Part shown: positions 49,102 through 59,273 of the stretch, one piece after another
How positions within the stretch are numbered: the first letter of the stretch is position 1
Layout: every line of letters begins with the position of its first letter
Origin: Candidatus Latescibacterota bacterium
GTDB lineage: Bacteria; Latescibacterota; UBA2968; GCA-2709665
Assembly (NCBI GenBank): GCA_965219995.1
Contig: CBDCOX010000002.1
Coordinates: forward strand, 4,096,001-4,160,000
Direction: 5' to 3'
DNA: 64,000 bases
Position numbers and translations under genes: made by a program
Notes under the pieces: generated by a model
Databases searched by the model: none
What the model saw: the letters and a program-made list of their open reading frames with translations, nothing else
What the model was told of the DNA's origin: nothing

Positions 49102-49261
49102 CCAGAGAATCCAGAGAAGAAGCCATCAACCGGAAGGCGGTGGCGGCGGGCCCGATGGGGCGCAGTACAACACGACGGACACATCAGGCGGCGTATTCGA
49201 AGCGCAACGGTCCATCCGTCAAGAAGGAGGGGACGGGCTCACGGGGCAACCACGGAGTCTC

Positions 49262-50347
49262 TCACTGCCCGACGTCGGCATTTGCGACGAGGACCGGATC
49301 GCTGAGACCGTAGGCGTTGTTCCGGACTCGCGTCCGTCCGTCGGACCGCACCGACAGTTCGTCCGGCCGCTGGTAGAGCCAGTTGTGGTGGACGTCCACA
49401 CCTTCTTCAGGAACGCCGCGCACCACGACGGCCGTTTGCGGGCAGCGGAACGTATTGTGATGCACCTTCATCCACGTACCGGCGACGTCGGTCCCGTCTT
49501 TCCGGTCCCTTCCGCCGTGCATATCGAAGCAATGGCTCAACGACTCGCCGATTTCCACGTTGTGCCGGGCCTCGTATCCGCTGCCCGATCTGCCCGTGCC
49601 CGCCAGCGAGTGCCGGTTATAGTCGAACCGGTTGTATTCGATGAGCGAGAATGCCTCGTCGTGGCTCACCCCGTATCCCAGGCCGTTGTACTGGTTGTGA
49701 TGGATGAAGTTGTGGTGGATGTGATGCCCGTCACCGGCGCCGAGATAGATCGCGCCGTGGCTCCAGCCCGCCACCTCGCAATTGTCCACCTCCAGGCCCG
49801 GATGTCTGGTCTCGATCCCGTTGGAAATCGGAAATTTGTAGTAGTACTCGTGCCCCCTTCCTTCCCGGAACGAGCGGTTATGGTGCTCCAGACACCGCTT
49901 GGGGTTGGGTCCCTTAATTCGCAGACCCGTGACCCGTACGTCCGGACCCGTCACCTGGATCAGGGGTCTGGTATCGAACGTATCGCTCAGGATCATGCCG
50001 CCCGGGGACCCGTCCACGCCGCGGTCGCCCGCCAGAGTAACGCCTTCGGGAATCTCCAGCACGAGGGACTCGATGTACACCCGCTCGGTGCAGTCGATTT
50101 CCGCCTTGCCATCCACCCCGATCACGTCCCCGGGCTTCGCCTGCGCCAGGGCGTCCAGCAGGTCGTCCAGCGTTGACACCGGGTCGGGCAGCGGCGATAT
50201 CGCGTTTGCATACCCCTCGCCCCCGCCGATAGGGCCGTGTTTATCCGCCCGTGCACCGCAGGATTCTCCTGCAATTTCGGTCCAGGTCTGTCCCAACGGT
50301 TCCATTTCGCTACCGAACATCGCCTGCCTCCTTTTCCGTGCGGTCAT
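49262..50347 (-). CDS. Parallel beta-helix protein, paralog 3 (no lipobox)
   Basis: Shares PIGGGEGY, GVTLA..RG, LEVDNCE..GWSHGAI, FDMHGGRDR.DGTD.AG with 13025 and 14932. Confidence 0.78.
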   Translation of the reverse strand: MTARKRRQAMFGSEMEPLGQTWTEIAGESCGARADKHGPIGGGEGYANAISPLPDPVSTLDDLLDALAQAKPGDVIGVDGKAEIDCTERVYIESLVLEIPEGVTLAGDRGVDGSPGGMILSDTFDTRPLIQVTGPDVRVTGLRIKGPNPKRCLEHHNRSFREGRGHEYYYKFPISNGIETRHPGLEVDNCEVAGWSHGAIYLGAGDGHHIHHNFIHHNQYNGLGYGVSHDEAFSLIEYNRFDYNRHSLAGTGRSGSGYEARHNVEIGESLSHCFDMHGGRDRKDGTDVAGTWMKVHHNTFRCPQTAVVVRGVPEEGVDVHHNWLYQRPDELSVRSDGRTRVRNNAYGLSDPVLVANADVGQ

Positions 50348-51306
50348 TCATTCACGGCAACCACGTAACCCTTCCTGTTATCGACCACGTTCAACAGCGA
50401 CTCGCCGTCCCGGAACCGCCGCACGTTTTCCGCGATCAGTCCGATCCTCCGTTCCTCGATACGGTCTGAATGCGCCGCGACGTGCGGCGTGATCATCACA
50501 TTCTCCATCCCCCACAGCGGGTGCCCTGCCGTCAGCGGCTCCTCTTCGAAAACGTCCAGTCCCGCTCCTGCCAGTTCGCCATTCATGAGCGCCCGCGTCA
50601 GTGCGGCGAGGTCCACCACCTTTCCCCTCCCGATGTTGATGAAGATGGCGCCGGGTTTCATCGCCCGCAGCGCCGATGCGTCAATCATCCGGTCGGTCTC
50701 GCCGGTATGCGGTGCACAGATCACGAAGAAATCCACCTCTCCCAGCATCGCATGCAATTCGTCCACGCGGTAAATCCGTTCCACGTAATCCGGACGTCCC
50801 TTCGGGGCCGGATCCAGGGCGAGGACGCGCATTCCGAACGCGTGTCCCCGTTCGGCAACCGCCAGCCCGATGCCGCCCAGGCCCAGCACGCCGAGGGTGG
50901 TGCCTGCCACGTGGATGACCGGCACGTGCTTTTTCTCCCACCGACCTTCCAGCTGACTCCGGAAATATTCCGGAATCCCGCGAGCCAGGGAAAGCAACAG
51001 CGCAAACACGTGCTCCGCAATGACGTCGCTGTAGATCCCTCGCAAGTTGGTGACGATGACGTCGCTTTCATGTAATTCCGGGAAATAATAACCGTCCAGT
51101 CCCGCGCTTGTCGCCTGGACCCATCGAAGTTTCTTTCCCGCGGCCAGCAGCGCCGGCGTCATTCGTCCGTAAAACGCGTCCGCTTCGCCGATCAGATCCA
51201 GCGCCGCCGCCTCGGACTCCGCTTCGTGCGTCTCCACGCCGATTTCGCGGATTCGCCCCATCCAATCCGGACTGAGCGCCGGCCAGAATACCATTTTTAC
51301 CGCCAT
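50344..51306 (-). CDS. D-2-hydroxyacid dehydrogenase
   Basis: GLGGIG, INIGRG, GLDVFEEEP, ITPH. Confidence 0.92.
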   Translation of the reverse strand: MAVKMVFWPALSPDWMGRIREIGVETHEAESEAAALDLIGEADAFYGRMTPALLAAGKKLRWVQATSAGLDGYYFPELHESDVIVTNLRGIYSDVIAEHVFALLLSLARGIPEYFRSQLEGRWEKKHVPVIHVAGTTLGVLGLGGIGLAVAERGHAFGMRVLALDPAPKGRPDYVERIYRVDELHAMLGEVDFFVICAPHTGETDRMIDASALRAMKPGAIFINIGRGKVVDLAALTRALMNGELAGAGLDVFEEEPLTAGHPLWGMENVMITPHVAAHSDRIEERRIGLIAENVRRFRDGESLLNVVDNRKGYVVAVNE

Positions 51307-51307
51307 T

Positions 51308-52180
51308 TCAGAGCTCCTCCACCGGGATGAACTCACCCCTGTCGTCGATCATGATACGTGCCCAATTCTGCTCCGGGTCGTGCGGCCACGCGACCAGCCA
51401 GCCCTCTCCAGCCGCCTGTGTCAGCACCCGTTGCTTCACCTCGAACGTCTTCCTCGGATACAGGTCGAACGCCATGATGTAAACCGGGTGCACGTGATGC
51501 CTGGTGGGGACCAGGTCTCCTATGAAACAGATTGTCTCGCCGCCACCCTGTACCAGGACGGACTGGTGCGCCGTCGTGTGTCCGGGCGTCAGGATCGTCC
51601 GCACGCCGGGGCAGATTTCCGCGTCGCCCTCAAGAAGCTCCAGAACGCCCGCCCGTTCCAGGGGAACCAGGTCCGTCGCGGCGTTGTACCCGTGAACGGT
51701 CTGCCGGTCCGCGCCAACGGCGTCTACCCATTCCTGTCGCTGTACGATGTACCGGGCGTTCGGAAACGCGGGCTCATAATCGTTGTCCGTCCAAACCGTT
51801 GTCCCGCCCGCGTGGTCCATGTGAAGGTGGGTGAGCACCACCCGGTCCACCGCCTCCGGCGCAATGCCCGCATCGGCCAGCGCGTCGATTACGCCCCGGG
51901 AGGGGTCCACACCATAGATGTCCCGATACTTCCCGGACAGTTTCTCGGCGCCGACACCGGTTTCCACCAGCACCGTCTCCGCCGGTGTCTCCACCAGCAG
52001 GCAGGTCAGGCCGAGTTGAATCCGGTTCCGCCCGTCCGGCGGGATCTTCTTTTCCCAGATCGACCGCGGGACCACGCCGAACATCGTCCCACCGTCGAGA
52101 CTGAACCGCCCGGCGTCCAGCGCTGTCACACGGATATCCCCGACGGTCCGCGATTCACCCTTTCGACTGGAATTGCTCAC
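51308..52180 (-). CDS. MBL-fold metallo-hydrolase (YtnP-like)
   Basis: LDGGTMFGVVP, THLHMDHAGG, PGHT, GD, H. Start uncertain. Confidence 0.9.
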   Translation of the reverse strand: MSNSSRKGESRTVGDIRVTALDAGRFSLDGGTMFGVVPRSIWEKKIPPDGRNRIQLGLTCLLVETPAETVLVETGVGAEKLSGKYRDIYGVDPSRGVIDALADAGIAPEAVDRVVLTHLHMDHAGGTTVWTDNDYEPAFPNARYIVQRQEWVDAVGADRQTVHGYNAATDLVPLERAGVLELLEGDAEICPGVRTILTPGHTTAHQSVLVQGGGETICFIGDLVPTRHHVHPVYIMAFDLYPRKTFEVKQRVLTQAAGEGWLVAWPHDPEQNWARIMIDDRGEFIPVEEL

Positions 52181-52572
52181 CCGATTCCAACTGTGAATGG
52201 ACTGCGTTGAGATTGCGGATTGTCGACGATCCCTGGCAAGAAGCCGCGGGTTCGACGCGGTCATGATGCAGGTATCTGCGACGGAAAGTCAAGGGCAAAA
52301 GACCGGAGGCATGGTTGTCCGGCGGGATGGGTAAACGTCCTTCCAAACCACCTTTCCGGTCCAATTCGGAAGGTTCTGTCGCGGCGTCGCGTTGCTTCTT
52401 CTGTCGAATTAACGTAAATTGTTGGCAGGGAATGAAGTCTGTATAGAGTTTTCGGTCAGGTTGGGTCGGCTCGTGGTTCCGTCTTTGATAAACTGCGTCG
52501 CGGATTTGCCGGCAAGAACGAAGGGTTTGTCGAGGATGGCGGCAAGGAAGACAAAGCTTAGGAGCGGCACCA

Positions 52573-53748
52573 ATGAGTATGGTTCGTGCGTACACTGATT
52601 TGAGCTCGTCATTTCCTATGCGCATCTTTGTGGTCGCCGGCGCGCTCATGGCGGGCGCTATTGCCGGGTGCGGATGGACTGGCGTTGTGGATGAGATTCC
52701 GGATGAACAGCACATTCCCGAAAGGACGATACGAAATGCAGGGAAAGTGGCCCTTGAATTGCGGGAAAGTGTCGAGCTTGTGTTTGATGAGGGCCTGCCG
52801 GAGATTCGGGACGTTGAGTGGATGGGTATTTCACCTGAGGGCACCTTGTTGGTTACCGACCGTGAAAGCCATCAGGCGCACGAAATCAACTACAGGGACT
52901 TAGAGTACATTCGCTCATTCGGGCGTACAGGCAGAGGTCCAGGGGAGCATTTGTCGGCTGACAATATGACGATGGATCCCGAGGGCAGGGTCTATCTCCT
53001 GGATGGAATTCAAGGGCAGATCCTGCGATTTGATCGCAAGGGCCGATTCCTGGATCGGACCCAATCTGTCGGGGTATCGAAGATTCACGCGGGTCGCAAT
53101 GATGGAGTATTTTTTCTTCGCGTGAACTCAAGCCTTATCATGGAATTACAGCGCCGGGACCCGTCGACGTGGGGCGTTTTGGGCCGTACACCGCTTTCCG
53201 ATCCAAAACAGAGTTATGTGTCGTTTCGGATGAAATATCTCGCAAAGTTGTGCTATAACGAGTCGTTGCAGGTGTTTTATTATCTGGGCCCGAATGACTA
53301 CATGGTCAAAGAGATCGATGCGATAACAGGTGAGATTACGGCGAAATTCGGCCGGCGACCGAACGGGTTCGTTGCCGTTCCCGATCTCTACCACCATATC
53401 GGGCGCGGAACTTTTGACGAATTGACACCCTTGGATGTTACCACCGTAGGATCTATGACACTGGTTGAGGATCGATATCTGTTCATATCACACGACCACC
53501 CGGAAACTCTAACGAGGGAATGGGTCGTCTATATGATAAATCCGTCCGGGACGTTCGAAGTGTTCGATCTGGATGACGTTACGAGTGGACGCTTTCGGCA
53601 ATTCAGCGGCCATGGCGGTGTGCCGGGGATGGGAGCCATCACCGCCGCGAAGGAATCCATATATATCTGGAGACCGCCACGTAGAGAAGTTGCGGACAGA
53701 TCCATCGGTACGATAGAAAAATATGCGGTTATGTTGGACCTGAACTGA
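52573..53748 (+). CDS. Six-bladed beta-propeller (NHL-like) lipoprotein, paralog 1
   Basis: Lipobox IAGC, FGRTGRGPGE motif; lower GC than the flanks. Confidence 0.78.
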   Translation: MSMVRAYTDLSSSFPMRIFVVAGALMAGAIAGCGWTGVVDEIPDEQHIPERTIRNAGKVALELRESVELVFDEGLPEIRDVEWMGISPEGTLLVTDRESHQAHEINYRDLEYIRSFGRTGRGPGEHLSADNMTMDPEGRVYLLDGIQGQILRFDRKGRFLDRTQSVGVSKIHAGRNDGVFFLRVNSSLIMELQRRDPSTWGVLGRTPLSDPKQSYVSFRMKYLAKLCYNESLQVFYYLGPNDYMVKEIDAITGEITAKFGRRPNGFVAVPDLYHHIGRGTFDELTPLDVTTVGSMTLVEDRYLFISHDHPETLTREWVVYMINPSGTFEVFDLDDVTSGRFRQFSGHGGVPGMGAITAAKESIYIWRPPRREVADRSIGTIEKYAVMLDLN

Positions 53749-54007
53749 GGTCGGTGACTGCGATTTACCTGTTCCAGAACGTCGCCGGGACGCTCAGGGA
53801 TATCGCGAAGATTCCATTTCATTCGAGACCTTCGTGGGCTCGTCTGCCAACCCCCAGAAGATCCAAATTTGGGTAGCAGTGATCGGACATGGAATCTTCT
53901 CGTTACTTGCCGCCGGAAAACCTGGTAAAGCCACCAAGTCGCTACACTAGACACGTACACTCTGTTACCGAAGGCAATCGGCCCTCTTTGACATGATCCA
54001 ACAGTGT

Positions 54008-54162
54008 CCGGATCGAGGGCATCCCTGCCCTCGAACTTCGAGCAACCGACGAATTTCCACATCAAGGGCCAATTGCCTCCTTTCCTTCCGAGACCACATC
54101 CGTAGTGACGGCGCAAAGACCCCTCCTATTCGCCGTCGAGGGCAGGGATGCCCTCGATCCGG
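54008..54162. repeat. Inverted REP doublet (REPIN/MITE-like)
   Basis: Perfect 27-bp inverted repeat CCGGATCGAGGGCATCCCTGCCCTCGA (54008-54034 / 54136-54162); each arm is itself a hairpin. Confidence 0.82.
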
Positions 54163-54293
54163 GGAAAGGCGACTCTGACACCCAGGAATCGAGCTTATAG
54201 GCGTTTTGACCTCCGTGCTGCGCCACGTACATCCCTGCTGATGGATAGTTATTTACCGATGTTTATCAGGCAGCCTGATTAAGGAGAACACTT

Positions 54294-55466
54294 ATGGGTC
54301 TGGTTCGTGCGTACGCTAAATCGAGCTCATCATATCCAATGCGCGTCTTTCTGATCGCCGGGGCGCTCACAGTGGGTACAATTTCCGGTTGCGGAGGGGA
54401 TCGCGTATTGGAAGGGGTACCGGATGATGAGCGCATTCCCGAAAGGCCGCTGCGATATGCAGGGAAAGTAGCGCTTGAACTGCAAGAAACCATCGAGCTT
54501 GTGTTCAATGAGGACAAGCCTGAGATCGGGTATGTCGGGTGGATGGGCATTTCACCGGAGGGCACGTTGATGGTTACGGATTGGGATAACCATCAGGCGC
54601 ACGAAATCAACTACCGGAACAATAGTTACATTCGCTCATTCGGGCGCACAGGCAGAGGTCCCGGGGAGCACTTGTCGGCTCACCAGATGACAATAGATCC
54701 TGAGCGAAGGGTCTATCTCGTTGATCCGGCTCGAGGACAGGTCCTCCGGTATGATCGCACGGGCCGATATCTGGATCGGACCGAAGCTATCGGAGTATCG
54801 AAGATTCACGCCGGTCCTGAGGGAGAGATGTTCATTCTACGGGTAAACTCAAGTCTTTTCTTGGAATTACAGCGCCGGGACCCGGCGACGTTGGGAGTTT
54901 TAGGCAGTACACCGCTTTCCAATCAAAATCAGAGTTTTGTGTCGTTTCGGATGAGAGGAATGGCGCATTTGAGCTATAACGCTTCGATGCAGGTGTTTTA
55001 TTATCTCGGCCCGAATGACTACATGGTCAAAGAGATCGATGCGATTACAGGCGAGATTACCGCGAAATTTGGCCGGCGCCCTGCGGGATTTGTTGCGTTG
55101 CCCGATCGCTTCCACGATATCGGGAGTGGAACTGTTGACGATTTGAGGCAATTGGATATTACCAGTGTAGGATCTATGACATTGGTTGAGGATCGATATC
55201 TGTTCGTCTCCTTCAATAACCCGGGTACTATAATGAACGAATGGGTCGTCTATATGATAAATCCGTCCGGTCCGTTTGATGTGTTCGATCTGGATGACGT
55301 TACGATTACAAGCCTTGAGCCATTCAGGGACCACAGCGGTGTGCCGATGCAAGCCATCACCTCTGCGCGGGAATCTGTATTTATTTATAGACCGCCTCGT
55401 AGAGCAATTGCGGACAAATCCATCGGTACGATAGAAATATATGCGGTTACGTTGGACCTGAATTAA
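54294..55466 (+). CDS. Six-bladed beta-propeller lipoprotein, paralog 2
   Basis: Lipobox ISGC; colinear with 52573-53748, with long identical stretches. Confidence 0.78.
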   Translation: MGLVRAYAKSSSSYPMRVFLIAGALTVGTISGCGGDRVLEGVPDDERIPERPLRYAGKVALELQETIELVFNEDKPEIGYVGWMGISPEGTLMVTDWDNHQAHEINYRNNSYIRSFGRTGRGPGEHLSAHQMTIDPERRVYLVDPARGQVLRYDRTGRYLDRTEAIGVSKIHAGPEGEMFILRVNSSLFLELQRRDPATLGVLGSTPLSNQNQSFVSFRMRGMAHLSYNASMQVFYYLGPNDYMVKEIDAITGEITAKFGRRPAGFVALPDRFHDIGSGTVDDLRQLDITSVGSMTLVEDRYLFVSFNNPGTIMNEWVVYMINPSGPFDVFDLDDVTITSLEPFRDHSGVPMQAITSARESVFIYRPPRRAIADKSIGTIEIYAVTLDLN

Positions 55467-55553
55467 GGATGGCAAGATCGAGATTATGTCGGCCGACGAG
55501 ACCAGAGAACTCGAAAAAGACTTGACGAAGAAACGGTCAAAGAGGCGTCGTCC

Positions 55554-55982
55554 TTAGCCGATTGACCGCTCCCTCACCACCTCCACCACCCCTTCAGCGG
55601 GGCGCATGCGGACGGTGTCACCGGTGCGGATGGTCGCGAGCGGGTCGGGTTGGAGTTCGTGCATCAGCGCCACGTTGGCCAGCACCGCGCCCTGGACCAT
55701 CACGGGATTCGTGCGACCGAAGATGAACCCCGCCGGGCAGGTCCCCCGCTCCACCATGTCCAGCATCATCCACGATGTGGCCACGCCGCCCTTGGACGTG
55801 CGGAACACGACGATTCTTCCGGCGATTGACTGTCCGAAGAGTGGATGCGTCTCACGGCTGATCACACCGCTATACCGGTCATCGTCGTACCGGGCGCTGA
55901 AGCCTTCCTCGCATACCAGCGCGATGCCTTCCGCGTCGGGTCCGACGCCCGGATGGCCGCGTAGCGCTGCGTTCTCGGTCAT
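55554..55982 (-). CDS. Aconitase X swivel domain (DUF126)
   Basis: AEG.ALV, HPLFGQSIAGRIVVF..SKG, IRTGD.V. Confidence 0.82.
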   Translation of the reverse strand: MTENAALRGHPGVGPDAEGIALVCEEGFSARYDDDRYSGVISRETHPLFGQSIAGRIVVFRTSKGGVATSWMMLDMVERGTCPAGFIFGRTNPVMVQGAVLANVALMHELQPDPLATIRTGDTVRMRPAEGVVEVVRERSIG

Positions 55983-56030
55983 CGCCCGTACGATTGAAGT
56001 TGAACTCGCTTGCGATGCAGGACACCACCG

Positions 56031-56948
56031 CTACGGTCCCAACTTTATCACGCCGCAGCCAATTCTTGCTCCCGCGTTTCCCGAAGGTTGCGAGACGAAG
56101 TCATCCGGCCCTGCGTGGACGACGATCGCCTTTCCGACAACGTCGATATCCGAACCTGTGTTCATCTCCCAGAGATTGGTCGTCAGCTGGAGTCTGCCGG
56201 CGCCTTGCTCGCTGGCGGTCAGATTGCCGATGTCACCAAGATGAAACTCGCCTTCTCCCCATTTTCCGTGGGCTACGCCTGTGGGATTCCAATGCCCGCC
56301 TGCCGACGTCCCGTCCGGCGCGCTGCAATCGCCTTTCTCGTGGATGTGCACCGCGTGTTGGCCCGCGGACGCGTTGTTGAGTTCGACGACGAAAGTGATA
56401 TTGTCGCCGGTCCGGGTGAACACCGCCTTTCCGGTCAGGCCGCTTGCGTTCGACTCGCCAATTATCGCGGTCGCCTGTTCAGCCGTTCCGCCAAGACCCG
56501 TGAGCTGGTACTTTCCGGTGACCTGTGCCTTCCCCCTGATGGGCAGATCAATTACGGAACGGTAACCACCGTTGATCGGGATACTTGACCAGCGGCCGAT
56601 CCTCGTCCCATTCAGGAACGCGCGCGCCCGATAGTAACCCGTCGCGGAACCGGCGATTTCAATCCTCACCTGACCTCCGCTATCGGTCACCCCCGACCAT
56701 TGAAAGTTCGGGGCCCGGCCTGAGACAGCGCGCGAGAATTCGACCGTCGCGCCGTTTACGGGCGTGTCTTCCCGCATCACGGTCCCCACCACAATTGCCC
56801 GGGTCCCGTCACCGACGGCGACCTTACTCAGGACCGGCGGATTCTGTTCGCCGGACCCGGACGACATCGTTATACGTTCGCCGCCGCAGCCGTACACGAT
56901 ACCCATTACGAGCGTCAGAACGACGATACTGCGAATTCCGTTTGCCAT
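56031..56948 (-). CDS. sodC: Cu/Zn superoxide dismutase lipoprotein with an extra N-terminal domain
   Basis: Lipobox VYGC; HAVHIHEKGDC, GGHWNP, HLGDIGN, VVHAGPDD, GARIGCGVI. Confidence 0.88.
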   Translation of the reverse strand: MANGIRSIVVLTLVMGIVYGCGGERITMSSGSGEQNPPVLSKVAVGDGTRAIVVGTVMREDTPVNGATVEFSRAVSGRAPNFQWSGVTDSGGQVRIEIAGSATGYYRARAFLNGTRIGRWSSIPINGGYRSVIDLPIRGKAQVTGKYQLTGLGGTAEQATAIIGESNASGLTGKAVFTRTGDNITFVVELNNASAGQHAVHIHEKGDCSAPDGTSAGGHWNPTGVAHGKWGEGEFHLGDIGNLTASEQGAGRLQLTTNLWEMNTGSDIDVVGKAIVVHAGPDDFVSQPSGNAGARIGCGVIKLGP

Positions 56949-57067
56949 GGACGTCTCCTCCCTGTGGAGTGGTCTCGGTTTTTGATCGTTGGACTTTCAG
57001 GGGAGACGTCAAGAGCGGGAATCCCCGTCACAACGATCCACTTGTGTTCTAACCAAAAAACACCTGA

Positions 57068-57449
57068 GCGTTCTTCAGGCACTCATATCCTCTCCCGTCT
57101 ACCCGCCTCTTATGGTTGCCCGCCTTTCGGGTGTTTCCGGGTTCCCTTTGTGTCTCCGGCAAGGGGAAATGAAACCACACGGGGCAGGCAATAAAACCGG
57201 GTAGACGCAAGACGGTAGACGGTAGATGACGTCATTGCCCGTTTGGTTCTTCCTTTTTGCCTCCGGCAAGAGATGAAGACATACGAGGCAATAAAACCGG
57301 TGAGACGTAAGAGGGTAGACGGTAGATGAAGACATTTACAGCAGTGTTTCTGCATAAACCGTGCCTGCCAATTTACCGTTATCGTAACGACACGAAAGAC
57401 CATAGAGCACACATATCATCTCCCGTCTTACGTCTCCCTTCGACCCGCT
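57068..57449 (+). repeat. Modular repeat locus 10 (C + A' + A + B)
   Basis: Longest array; three heptamer-separated modules. Confidence 0.9.
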
Positions 57450-57457
57450 TTTGGCTT

Positions 57458-57994
57458 CTATTCCAGTATCTTCACCATATCGATGAGGTCGCAGGTCTCG
57501 CCGGAGTCCATCAATACCCAGTCCGGGCGGCGGCCGGATTCGATGTAGCCGACTTTGCGGTAGACGTGGCCCGCGGAGACATTGGCGGACCAGACGGTGA
57601 GGTACAGCCGGCGTGCGCCGAGCCTGCGGGATTCGTCTTCCAGGACTTGCATCAGGCGGGTACCGATGCCAAGGCCCCGGGCGCGGGCAATCAGCGCCAG
57701 CCCGATCGTGCAGTAATCGTGGCCGCTCTTCTGCGTGAATCCCTCGCCCAGAAGAACGCCGTCCTGTTCGACCAGGAGGTAACTCGACCGCTTCTGTTTT
57801 ATGCCCACCAGGGCCTGCGAGAGTTCCCGGCCCCCGGACGCCGCGTCGAGTTCAAGACGCCTGCACATGACTTTTTCGCGCGTGAGCGTCCCGTGCATTG
57901 CGATGAAGGCGTCCAGGTCCCGCCAGCGCGGGTACCGGAAACGGGTCTCCGTTCCCTCGACAATGAACGAATCAACGATGCGGCCTTCTTGCAT
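57458..57994 (-). CDS. GNAT N-acetyltransferase
   Basis: ARGLGIGTRLM, L.V...N..A..VYRKVGY. Confidence 0.88.
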   Translation of the reverse strand: MQEGRIVDSFIVEGTETRFRYPRWRDLDAFIAMHGTLTREKVMCRRLELDAASGGRELSQALVGIKQKRSSYLLVEQDGVLLGEGFTQKSGHDYCTIGLALIARARGLGIGTRLMQVLEDESRRLGARRLYLTVWSANVSAGHVYRKVGYIESGRRPDWVLMDSGETCDLIDMVKILE

Positions 57995-58112
57995 GGCAGG
58001 CGTCCGGGAGGTCGTCAAAGGAATTGCCACAGGGGAATAGCCGGCCCAAAATAACCCATGCGTGGTGTGGGCGCAAGCCCCGCGGGATCTGTGGAAAACT
58101 TCGTTTTAGGGC

Positions 58113-58141
58113 TTGACGCGTCTGTTTCCGGGTGTTAAAAT
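58113..58141 (+). promoter_or_regulatory. sigma70 promoter for the 58.2-63.4 kb operon
   Basis: TTGACG-17-TAAAAT with a TG extension. Confidence 0.6.
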
Positions 58142-58195
58142 GCACTTCTACCGGACCCATGGCGGTGTCCGCTCTTCGAAGAAAAGGAACTGTGT

Positions 58196-59239
58196 ATGAA
58201 GACCTATCGGGTTGCAATTGTCGGACTGGGACGCATGGGCAGTACCATCGACGAGGAAGTCGTGGGCTATCCGTCCATCACGTTGCCATATTCGGTCGCC
58301 GCTTCGTGCGTGGCGAGCGACCGCCTGGAACTGGCGGCGGGTTCGGACCTTTTGGAAGAGAAGCGGCGGGCATTCGGCGAGAAGTGGGGCGTGGAGGCGT
58401 TATACGAAGACTATCTGGAAATGATCGAGAAGGAAGCGCCGGACATCGTGGCGGTTTGCACGAAGGGGATCCTGCACGCCGAGATGGGGGTGGCGGTAGC
58501 CCGGGCCGGAGTGCCGATGCTCTACCTCGAGAAGGCGATGGCGTGCTCCATGGAGGAAGCAGACGCGGTCCGGGACGCCTGCAGGGAACACGGGACGGTA
58601 TTCAATACGGGCGTCCTGCGGCGGTTCGACAATCGTTACCAGGCGGCCAGAGCGCTGATCGCACAGGGTGAAATCGGCAAGGTCAACGTGGCCCTGCACT
58701 TTGCCCGTTCGAATCTTCTGCACGGGCATGTTCATTCGATGGACACGCTTTCCTATCTGCTTGGCGATCCGAAGATCGCGCGGGTGCGGGGAGAGCTTCT
58801 TCCCGGGGAACTGGCAATAGAGAACAACCGCCTGGACGACGATCCGGTTTCAAGGTACCACCTGGAATTCGAAGACGGGGTTGAGGCCTGGACCATCCCG
58901 GCGGGCCACTGGGAATTCGAGGTCGTGGGCAGCGACGGAGCGATCCGTTCGAGGAACAACGGGGTGGGCTGGGAATTGCGCAAGGTCGAGCCCGCGCAGC
59001 GCCGTCGCCCGTCCGTGGAAGCCGCCGCGTTTCCGGAGGTGGAACCGCGAAGCGCCGTGGTCGATTGCCTGGAGGACCTGGTGGCCGCCCACGAGTCAGG
59101 CGAGCCTTCGCTGGGCAACGTGGAGGTCACGCACCACATTACGGAAGCGTGTTTTGCGGTAGCGGAGAGCCACCGCCGAGACGGGGCGCGGGTGGCGCTG
59201 CACGAAGTGGATCGAGGGCTGTACATTTTTCACGTATGA
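58196..59239 (+). CDS. Gfo/Idh/MocA family oxidoreductase
   Basis: AIVGLGRMG, PDIVAVCT, EKAMA. Confidence 0.88.
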   Translation: MKTYRVAIVGLGRMGSTIDEEVVGYPSITLPYSVAASCVASDRLELAAGSDLLEEKRRAFGEKWGVEALYEDYLEMIEKEAPDIVAVCTKGILHAEMGVAVARAGVPMLYLEKAMACSMEEADAVRDACREHGTVFNTGVLRRFDNRYQAARALIAQGEIGKVNVALHFARSNLLHGHVHSMDTLSYLLGDPKIARVRGELLPGELAIENNRLDDDPVSRYHLEFEDGVEAWTIPAGHWEFEVVGSDGAIRSRNNGVGWELRKVEPAQRRRPSVEAAAFPEVEPRSAVVDCLEDLVAAHESGEPSLGNVEVTHHITEACFAVAESHRRDGARVALHEVDRGLYIFHV

Positions 59240-59273
59240 GGGGCGCGCCGCGCCGATACCGGAACGAGGGACT

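Noticed and set aside
53529-54116. 195-aa minus-strand ORF between the propeller genes
   Set aside because: Overlaps the upstream gene and the REP doublet; no RBS or recognisable motif.
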